A stretch of DNA of 50,593 nucleotides from a virus (lineage: Duplodnaviria; Caudoviricetes): IMG/VR virus record IMGVR_UViG_3300046374_000030, positions 1-50,593 of that record; one strand, given 5' to 3'. How positions within the stretch are numbered: position 1 is the stretch's first letter; each line of letters starts with the position of its first letter. The position numbers were made by a program, and so were the translations under genes. Positions 21,435-25,737 of the stretch are shown here, in pieces. Under the pieces are notes generated by a model. That model ran no database searches, was not told the DNA's origin, and saw only the letters and a program-made list of their open reading frames with translations.

Positions 21435-21521
21435 GGAAGATGAAGCAGTGGCGAGTGCCGCGACCGGCGTCGAATACCGGGTCCGCTTAACCGCGGTGGG
21501 GATCAAGACCTCCGTCTTCCA
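21435..21521 (+). tRNA. tRNA-Ser(CGA), atypical
   Basis: Acceptor GGAAGAT/GTCTTCC, loop GT-CGA-AT, long variable arm, T loop ATCAAGA. Confidence 0.65.
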
Positions 21522-21525
21522 CGAA

Positions 21526-21599
21526 GCCGTCGTAGCCCAACCGGCAGAGGCACTGGTCCCAGAAGCCAGACAGTGCGGGTTCGAATCCCGCGGGCGGCA
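21526..21599 (+). tRNA. tRNA-Leu(CAG)
   Basis: CTGGT-CC-CAG-AA-GCCAG, GGTTCGAATCC, short variable loop. Confidence 0.85.
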
Positions 21600-21600
21600 C

Positions 21601-21674
21601 GCTCCCGTAGTCCAACCGGCAGAGGCAGCGGCATGAGGTGCCGTCCAGTGTGCGTTCGAATCGCACCGGGAGTA
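21601..21674 (+). tRNA. tRNA-Leu(GAG)
   Basis: GCGGC-AT-GAG-GT-GCCGT, TTCGAAT T loop. Confidence 0.85.
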
Positions 21675-21675
21675 C

Positions 21676-21749
21676 GCACCCTTAGCCCAAACGGGAGAGG
21701 CATCCGGCTCAAACCCGGTCCAGTCTCGGTTCGAATCCGAGAGGGTGTA
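21676..21749 (+). tRNA. tRNA-Leu(CAA)
   Basis: CCGG-CT-CAA-AC-CCGG, GGTTCGAATCC. Confidence 0.85.
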
Positions 21750-21750
21750 C

Positions 21751-21823
21751 GCGCTCCTAGCCCAACGGGAGAGGCAGCCGGTTTAAGCCCGGTCCAGTCT
21801 CGGTTCAAATCCGAGGGGGCGCA
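21751..21823 (+). tRNA. tRNA-Leu(TAA)
   Basis: GCCGG-TT-TAA-GC-CCGGT, GGTTCAAATCC. Confidence 0.85.
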
Positions 21824-22218
21824 CCCACCGTCATCTTGTAGGTGCGGATCGCGTCGCTGGAGGCGCGCATCATCAGCACCGCCTCATCGCGGCTGACCGC
21901 CGACCGGTTGCCGCCGACCTGCAACCAGAACTTGTCGGGGATCTGCGGGTGAATCCACACCCGCCAGCGCAGCTCCGGATGGTCAATCGAATGCATCGCG
22001 GCCAGCCAGCGTAACCGCTCCAACGGCGACGCACCCTCGGGGCAGGGCGGCTGGACGGTCGGCCCGTACGCCGGGTCGTCGGGATGAACCCACCGCAGCT
22101 GCGGCGGCTCATACTCGGCCAGCGCCGCGAAGAACGCCTGGTCGTCGCGCCGCGACTGACCCCACCGCTCGTCATCCGGCGCAACGGTCTCCCACTTCAG
22201 GCCCTGCGGTTGTGTCAT
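21805..22218 (-). CDS. Hypothetical protein inserted antisense within the tRNA array
   Basis: ATG at 22218 (MTQPQGLKWE...), 137 aa; stop lies antisense to the T arm of tRNA-Leu(TAA). Confidence 0.6.
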   Translation of the reverse strand: MTQPQGLKWETVAPDDERWGQSRRDDQAFFAALAEYEPPQLRWVHPDDPAYGPTVQPPCPEGASPLERLRWLAAMHSIDHPELRWRVWIHPQIPDKFWLQVGGNRSAVSRDEAVLMMRASSDAIRTYKMTVGAPPRI

Positions 22219-22222
22219 GCGT

Positions 22223-22423
22223 TTAGGCGACGCTGATGGAGCTGGCGGTGGTGGTGACGTTGCTTTCCCAGTGGTCTCCGCTGGTGACGCCTGAGACGCT
22301 TTTGAGCCAGTTGTGCAGTTGCAGCACGGTGCAGGGTGTGGTGAGTGCGGGGTGAGTGACGGGCCGGTGGGCCAGTTGTTCGGCGCTGGCTTTTTCTTCG
22401 GGCATGGGGTCATCATCGCCCAC
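22223..22423 (-). CDS. Small hypothetical protein in the same insert
   Basis: 66-aa ORF ending 4 nt before the next ATG. Confidence 0.5.
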   Translation of the reverse strand: MGDDDPMPEEKASAEQLAHRPVTHPALTTPCTVLQLHNWLKSVSGVTSGDHWESNVTTTASSISVA

Positions 22424-22498
22424 GGTGGATGTTGTGGGGTTGCGGCGCGCCGTGTCCTAGACGATGCAGCGTTCCACCCGGCGGCTCAGCAAACCCGA

Positions 22499-22527
22499 CA
22501 GTCTCGGTTCAAATCCGAGGGGCGCAC
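22499..22527 (+). repeat. Copy of the tRNA-Leu(TAA) 3' half (att-like direct repeat or tRNA remnant)
   Basis: CAGTCTCGGTTCAAATCCGAGGGGCGCAC matches 21795-21824 except for one missing G. Confidence 0.8.
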
Positions 22528-22542
22528 GCTACAATGACCACC

Positions 22543-22578
22543 ATGTTCTTCGCCCCACGACCGTATCCCTGGCGCTAG
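22543..22578 (+). CDS. Leader peptide 2 (MFFAPRPYPWR) for the Pro/Trp/Tyr tRNA block
   Basis: -10 TACAAT at 22530-22535, ATG 7 nt later; codons CCA, CCG, CCC, TAT, TGG. Confidence 0.7.
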   Translation: MFFAPRPYPWR

Positions 22579-22611
22579 CCGCCCGGTCGTGACAACACGC
22601 CCGGGATCAAA

Positions 22612-22685
22612 CCGGGTGTAGGCCAACTTGGTAGGCCACCTGCTTTGGGAGCAGGAGACTGGGCGTTCGAATCGCTCCTCCCGGA
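22612..22685 (+). tRNA. tRNA-Pro(TGG)
   Basis: CCTGC-TT-TGG-GA-GCAGG, GTTCGAATC. Confidence 0.85.
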
Positions 22686-22689
22686 CGAA

Positions 22690-22761
22690 GGGGACTTCGC
22701 CAAGTGGGAAGGCAGCGGCTTCCAAACCCGCCACGACTGGGTTCGATTCCTAGAGTCCTCG
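22690..22761 (+). tRNA. tRNA-Trp(CCA)
   Basis: GCGGC-TT-CCA-AA-CCCGC, GGTTCGATTCC, G73. Confidence 0.8.
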
Positions 22762-22762
22762 C

Positions 22763-22843
22763 GCCGGCACATCCCATGTGGTGAGGGAAGCAGACTGTAA
22801 ATCTGTGGCTTCGGCTGTGTAGGTTCGACCCCTGCTGCCGGTA
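22763..22843 (+). tRNA. tRNA-Tyr(GTA)
   Basis: GCAGA-CT-GTA-AA-TCTGT, variable arm GGCTTCGGCT. Confidence 0.85.
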
Positions 22844-23032
22844 CGATCAGCGCAGCAGAGATGGGCGCCTGCCACGCGGCCCGGCTACGATTCCTGGGCT
22901 TCACCGTGATCCCTCGTCGGGGAGATGCCCACCCGGTACGATCAACGAGCAGAGATGGGCGCCTGCCATTGAAAGCCAGCCGGGTAACCGTGACGTGGTC
23001 GTAGGTGATCCCCCAGCGGGGAGACGCCCGCC
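22838..23032 (+). repeat. Tandem duplicated promoter/leader unit, each copy starting ATG-GGC-GCC-TGC-CAY
   Basis: Two units of about 95 bp: CCGGTACGATCA..AGCAGAGATGGGCGCCTGCCA...GTGATCCC..GGGGAGA(T/C)GCCC. Confidence 0.8.
22955..22972 (+). CDS. Leader peptide 3 (MGACH) for the Cys/His/Gly/Ala tRNAs
   Basis: ATG GGC GCC TGC CAT TGA downstream of TACGAT (22937-22942). Confidence 0.6.
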   Translation: MGACH

Positions 23033-23085
23033 TACGAAAAATGGGTGGACCGAACGCGGGCCAACCGTTTACCGTGGTACACAGT

Positions 23086-23156
23086 GCGCTGGTGACCGAG
23101 TGGTCAGGTGGCAGGCTGCAAACCTGTTCAGGCTGGTTCGATTCCAGTCCGGCGCT
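23086..23156 (+). tRNA. tRNA-Cys(GCA)
   Basis: GCAGG-CT-GCA-AA-CCTGT, U73. Confidence 0.9.
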
Positions 23157-23157
23157 C

Positions 23158-23235
23158 GGTAGTCGTAGCTCAATGCGGCAGAGCGCCGGGATGTGGCCCC
23201 GGAGGTTGAGGGTTCGGACCCCTTCGATTACCCCA
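23158..23235 (+). tRNA. tRNA-His(GTG)
   Basis: CCGGG-AT-GTG-GC-CCCGG, G-1/C73, encoded CCA. Confidence 0.9.
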
Positions 23236-23306
23236 GCGGGTGTGGCGTAGTGGCCGCGCACCAGACTTCCAATCTGGCAACGCAGGTTCGATTCCTGTCA
23301 TCCGCT
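23236..23306 (+). tRNA. tRNA-Gly(TCC)
   Basis: CCAGA-CT-TCC-AA-TCTGG, U73. Confidence 0.9.
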
Positions 23307-23385
23307 CGACATCGCCCTCGTGGTCGCCAGAGGAGTAAGGCTGGTCAATCCGCGTAAAGCCGAGGCGAAGCTAATATCGGCACCT

Positions 23386-23458
23386 GGGGTTGTAGCTCAG
23401 CTGGTAGAGCGCCTGCCTTGCAAGCAGGAGGCCCGGGGTTCGATTCCCCGCTGCTCCA
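23386..23458 (+). tRNA. tRNA-Ala(TGC)
   Basis: CCTGC-CT-TGC-AA-GCAGG, G3:U70. Confidence 0.92.
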
Positions 23459-23459
23459 C

Positions 23460-23532
23460 GCCTTGATAGCTCAGTTGGTAGAGCGCCCGCCTGAAGAGTG
23501 GGAGGCCCGAGGTTCGATCCCTCGTCCTGGCA
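23460..23532 (+). tRNA. tRNA-Phe(GAA)
   Basis: CCCGC-CT-GAA-GA-GTGGG. Confidence 0.9.
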
Positions 23533-23536
23533 CTTG

Positions 23537-23608
23537 GCCCTGCTAGCTCAATGGGAGAGCGTCCGTTTCACACGCGGAAGGCACGAGGATCGTAACCTCG
23601 GTGGGGCA
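23537..23608 (+). tRNA. tRNA-Val(CAC)
   Basis: TCCGT-TT-CAC-AC-GCGGA, T loop ATCGTAA. Confidence 0.85.
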
Positions 23609-23609
23609 C

Positions 23610-23681
23610 GTCCTGTTAGCTCAGCGGCAGAGCGCCGGCACGACACGCCGGAGGCCCGAAGTTCGATCCTTCGACGGGACA
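23610..23681 (+). tRNA. tRNA-Val(GAC)
   Basis: CCGGC-AC-GAC-AC-GCCGG (C33). Confidence 0.85.
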
Positions 23682-23682
23682 C

Positions 23683-23751
23683 ATGATGCGAACGCGAACC
23701 GATCAGGGGCGGCGAAAGCCGACACGTCGCCCTGATTCCGCGCGTCCGTAG
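23683..23751 (+). CDS. Leader peptide 4 (MMRTRTDQGRRKPTRRPDSARP) for the Lys/Thr/Gly/Asp tRNAs
   Basis: ATG 1 nt after tRNA-Val; codons ACG, ACC, ACA, AAG, GAT x2, GGG; stop inside tRNA-Lys (nt 8-10). Confidence 0.6.
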   Translation: MMRTRTDQGRRKPTRRPDSARP

Positions 23752-23817
23752 CTCAGTCGGTAGAGCTGTTGCCTCTTAAGCATCAGGTCGAAGGTTCGAT
23801 CCCTTCCGGGCGCACCA
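23742..23817 (+). tRNA. tRNA-Lys(CTT)
   Basis: Loop CT-CTT-AA, encoded CCA. Confidence 0.9.
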
Positions 23818-23818
23818 G

Positions 23819-23893
23819 GCCGTTGTCGCACACGTTGGCTTGTGCACCTGCCTTGTAAGCAGACTTACGCGGGTTCGATTCCTGTCAGCGGCT
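23819..23893 (+). tRNA. tRNA-Thr(TGT)
   Basis: CTGC-CT-TGT-AA-GCAG, GGTTCGATTCC. Confidence 0.85.
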
Positions 23894-23941
23894 CGTTATG
23901 ATAAGCGCATCAGCGAAGCGCACCACGAAGGAAAGGCGATC

Positions 23942-24163
23942 ATGTCGCAGGAACAAGAGCAGGAAACGGCCAGCGCCGAGCAGCGACTGGAAGCCGACCC
24001 GGCGCTGGAGCCCGAGCTGGCGCACGAGCGCGACGAAGGTGCGGCCGAAGCAGCCGAAACCGCAGCCGAGGACGCGGCGTACTCCGGTTCCGGTGCGCTG
24101 TCGGCGTCCGCGGTCGCGGGCGCGGACGACGAAGCCGCGGACGAGGCCGCTGAGGACGCGTAG
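23942..24163 (+). CDS. Small highly acidic, Ala/Glu-rich protein
   Basis: GAAGGAAAGG RBS; MSQEQEQETA...DEAADEAAEDA, 73 aa. Confidence 0.7.
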   Translation: MSQEQEQETASAEQRLEADPALEPELAHERDEGAAEAAETAAEDAAYSGSGALSASAVAGADDEAADEAAEDA

Positions 24164-24193
24164 CTTGTCAGACCGTCGCCTTAAAGTTCGGGT

Positions 24194-24553
24194 GTGGCAA
24201 TCAGCCAAGCCAAAAAGACGCAGCAAGCCCGCTGGAGAAATGAGAACCGCACGTTCCTACGTCAGATCAATCGCAAACGACGCCTAGCGATCAAAGGTGA
24301 AGCTCTCGATCACTATGGATGGGAATGTGCGGAGTGCGGATTCGACAACCCAATGGCTCTCGTCATAGATCACGTCGATGACAACGGTGCGGATGAGCGG
24401 AGGGATTTAGGCGGGCGGCATTATGCGGGCTGGAACTTCTACAGCTACCTGAAGCGCCTCGGCTGGCCGGAGGGATATCAGACGCTTTGCGCGAACTGTA
24501 ACATGATCAAACAGCAGCTCAGGCTGCAAGGCACCTGTGGTCTAGCGGTATGA
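24194..24553 (+). CDS. HNH endonuclease
   Basis: CAECG...LVIDHVDDNG...YQTLCANCN; stop overlaps tRNA-Gly(GCC). Confidence 0.85.
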   Translation: MAISQAKKTQQARWRNENRTFLRQINRKRRLAIKGEALDHYGWECAECGFDNPMALVIDHVDDNGADERRDLGGRHYAGWNFYSYLKRLGWPEGYQTLCANCNMIKQQLRLQGTCGLAV

Positions 24554-24602
24554 CACCTGCTTGCCATGCAGGAGATCGCGGGTTCGATTCCCGTCGGGTG
24601 CT
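24531..24602 (+). tRNA. tRNA-Gly(GCC)
   Basis: CCTGC-TT-GCC-AT-GCAGG, U73. Confidence 0.9.
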
Positions 24603-24603
24603 C

Positions 24604-24616
24604 GTTGTTTGATAAC
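24604..24616 (+). promoter_or_regulatory. BoxA-like antitermination element
   Basis: GTTGTTTGATAAC resembles the mycobacterial rrn BoxA (GTTGTTTGAGAAC) and sits in an AT-rich tRNA spacer. Confidence 0.5.
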
Positions 24617-24629
24617 AACTAAACATCAT

Positions 24630-24701
24630 GGCTCTGTAGCTCAGTGGTAGAGCGCCGGCCCGTCAAGCCGGAGGTCGAGGGATCGTTCCCCTTCAGGGTC
24701 G
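24630..24701 (+). tRNA. tRNA-Asp(GTC)
   Basis: CCGGC-CC-GTC-AA-GCCGG (C33), G73, T loop ATCGTTC. Confidence 0.85.
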
Positions 24702-24702
24702 C

Positions 24703-24750
24703 ATGTTGATACGGGCGCGACGAATTAGGCAGCGGCGACAAAGCCGCTGA
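24703..24750 (+). CDS. Leader peptide 5 (MLIRARRIRQRRQSR) for the Ile/Arg/Arg/Arg/Gln tRNAs
   Basis: ATG 1 nt after tRNA-Asp; 11 of 14 codons after the start are Ile, Arg or Gln. Confidence 0.7.
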   Translation: MLIRARRIRQRRQSR

Positions 24751-24759
24751 TTTCGTCAT

Positions 24760-24831
24760 GCCCGTCTAGCTCACCGGTAGAGCACCGATCTGATAAGTCG
24801 TAGGCACCAGGTTCAATTCCTGGGTCGGGCA
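24760..24831 (+). tRNA. tRNA-Ile(GAT)
   Basis: CGAT-CT-GAT-AA-GTCG, GGTTCAATTCC. Confidence 0.85.
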
Positions 24832-24832
24832 C

Positions 24833-24907
24833 GCCTTCATAGCTCAGTCTGGACAGAGCACCGGTCTACGGAGCCGGGTGTCGCAGGTTCGAATCCTGCT
24901 GGGGGCA
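24833..24907 (+). tRNA. tRNA-Arg(ACG)
   Basis: CCGGT-CT-ACG-GA-GCCGG. Confidence 0.9.
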
Positions 24908-24908
24908 C

Positions 24909-25005
24909 GCCGCTGTGGCTGAACGGATAAGCGCCCGCCTCCTAAGCGGGTTAGGCAACCGGCTTCTACCCGGTGAATATGCAGGTTCGAATCCTGTCAG
25001 CGGCA
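24909..25005 (+). tRNA. tRNA-Arg(CCT) with a 30-nt variable region
   Basis: CCCGC-CT-CCT-AA-GCGGG; variable region 24951-24980. Confidence 0.8.
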
Positions 25006-25008
25006 CAA

Positions 25009-25079
25009 GCCTTCGCCAGCGGATCTGGCCCTGAGTTTCCGAAGCTCGGCGTGCGGTGGTTCGACTCCACTCGGGGGCA
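25009..25079 (+). tRNA. tRNA-Arg(CCG), atypical D arm
   Basis: CTGAGT-TT-CCG-AA-GCTCGG, GGTTCGACTCC; no U8/N9 linker. Confidence 0.7.
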
Positions 25080-25083
25080 CTGG

Positions 25084-25156
25084 TGAGCCGTTGGGTAACT
25101 GGCATCCCGCCGCGCTTTGGTCGCGGATATTGCACGTTCGAATCGTGCCGGCTCAG
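25084..25156 (+). tRNA. tRNA-Gln(TTG)
   Basis: U1:A72, CCGCG-CT-TTG-GT-CGCGG, G73. Confidence 0.85.
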
Positions 25157-25167
25157 CTATGCTGCTT

Positions 25168-25189
25168 GGGTGTCCATTCGCGGACACCC
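25168..25189. promoter_or_regulatory. Palindromic operator-like site GGGTGTCC-N6-GGACACCC
   Basis: Same half-sites and 6-nt spacer as the sites at 11642, 21253 and 37147. Confidence 0.55.
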
Positions 25190-25210
25190 CGAGCACGGAA
25201 GGAGCCTGAG

Positions 25211-25270
25211 ATGCGACAGCACAAACCGGAGCCTGAACGCATGAATCAGGCGTCCGTAGCTCAGCGGTAG
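25211..25270 (+). CDS. Leader peptide 6 (MRQHKPEPERMNQASVAQR) for the Lys/Glu/Glu/Asn/Gln/Met tRNAs
   Basis: RBS GGAAGGAG at 25197-25204; codons AAA, GAG, GAA, ATG, AAT, CAG; runs into tRNA-Lys. Confidence 0.7.
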   Translation: MRQHKPEPERMNQASVAQR

Positions 25271-25321
25271 AGCTGTTGCCTTTTAAGCATCAGGTCGGGG
25301 GTTCGATCCCCTCCGGGCGCA
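25250..25321 (+). tRNA. tRNA-Lys(TTT)
   Basis: Loop CT-TTT-AA; near-identical to tRNA-Lys(CTT). Confidence 0.9.
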
Positions 25322-25325
25322 CGCT

Positions 25326-25397
25326 GGTCCCATGAGGTAGCGGCTAGCCTGCGAGATTTTCACTCTCGTCGTTCGGGTTCGATTCCCGGTGGGACTG
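25326..25397 (+). tRNA. tRNA-Glu(TTC)
   Basis: CGAGA-TT-TTC-AC-TCTCG. Confidence 0.88.
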
Positions 25398-25412
25398 CGG
25401 AGGCGCGTTGTG

Positions 25413-25523
25413 ATGAAACGGCTCAAAGCTTTGCTGCGGCCGCACCTGTATTCGCTTTGGCGATGGACGTGGGCCGAGGACGAAGACGACGACGAAGACG
25501 ACGACGAAGCTGGATTGGTGTAA
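25413..25523 (+). CDS. 36-aa peptide with an acidic run between the two tRNA-Glu genes
   Basis: GGAGG RBS; MKRLKALLRPHLYSLWRWTWAEDEDDDEDDDEAGLV; stop inside tRNA-Glu(CTC). Confidence 0.5.
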   Translation: MKRLKALLRPHLYSLWRWTWAEDEDDDEDDDEAGLV

Positions 25524-25580
25524 CCGGGAGCACAGCGGATTCTCAGTCCGCCAGCGCGGGTTCGAGCCCCGTATCCAGTG
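25509..25580 (+). tRNA. tRNA-Glu(CTC)
   Basis: GCGGA-TT-CTC-AG-TCCGC. Confidence 0.88.
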
Positions 25581-25584
25581 CTGA

Positions 25585-25657
25585 TGGTCTGTAGCACAAC
25601 CGGCAGTGCGCTCGGCTGTTAACCGAGTGGTTGAAGGTTCGAATCCTTCCAGGCCAG
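25585..25657 (+). tRNA. tRNA-Asn(GTT)
   Basis: CTCGG-CT-GTT-AA-CCGAG, G73. Confidence 0.92.
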
Positions 25658-25661
25658 CGAA

Positions 25662-25733
25662 TGAGGTGTGGTCCAACCGGCACGACTCTGGGTTCTGGTC
25701 CCGGCAATCTAGGTTCAAATCCTGGCACCTCAG
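25662..25733 (+). tRNA. tRNA-Gln(CTG)
   Basis: U1:A72, CTGGG-TT-CTG-GT-CCCGG. Confidence 0.88.
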
Positions 25734-25737
25734 CGGA

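Noticed and set aside
21435-21521. tRNA-Sec (GGAAGAT start, long variable arm)
   Set aside because: The anticodon reads CGA, not TCA, and the acceptor stem is 7 bp.
22838-23032. CRISPR-like repeat-spacer unit
   Set aside because: Only two copies, similarity at both ends of each unit, and no cas genes.
23307-23385. HDV-like (theta) ribozyme after tRNA-Gly, suggested by CCCTCGT and GCTAA
   Set aside because: No P1 starting at the tRNA 3' end can be built, and L3/P2 do not fit the nested double pseudoknot.
23942-24163. Pup (prokaryotic ubiquitin-like protein) mimic, given the MSQEQ start and acidity
   Set aside because: No C-terminal GGE/GGQ and no LLDEID motif.
25197-25256. TPP riboswitch suggested by CTGAGA and GAGCCTGA
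   Set aside because: It lacks the P5/L5 and closing P1 elements, and is better explained as RBS plus leader ORF plus anti-tRNA hairpin.
21286-25728. ORF-track frames running across the tRNA genes (e.g. 21286..21636, 22575..23261, 25344..25718)
   Set aside because: They are shadows of tRNA sequence in high-GC DNA with no protein-like features.
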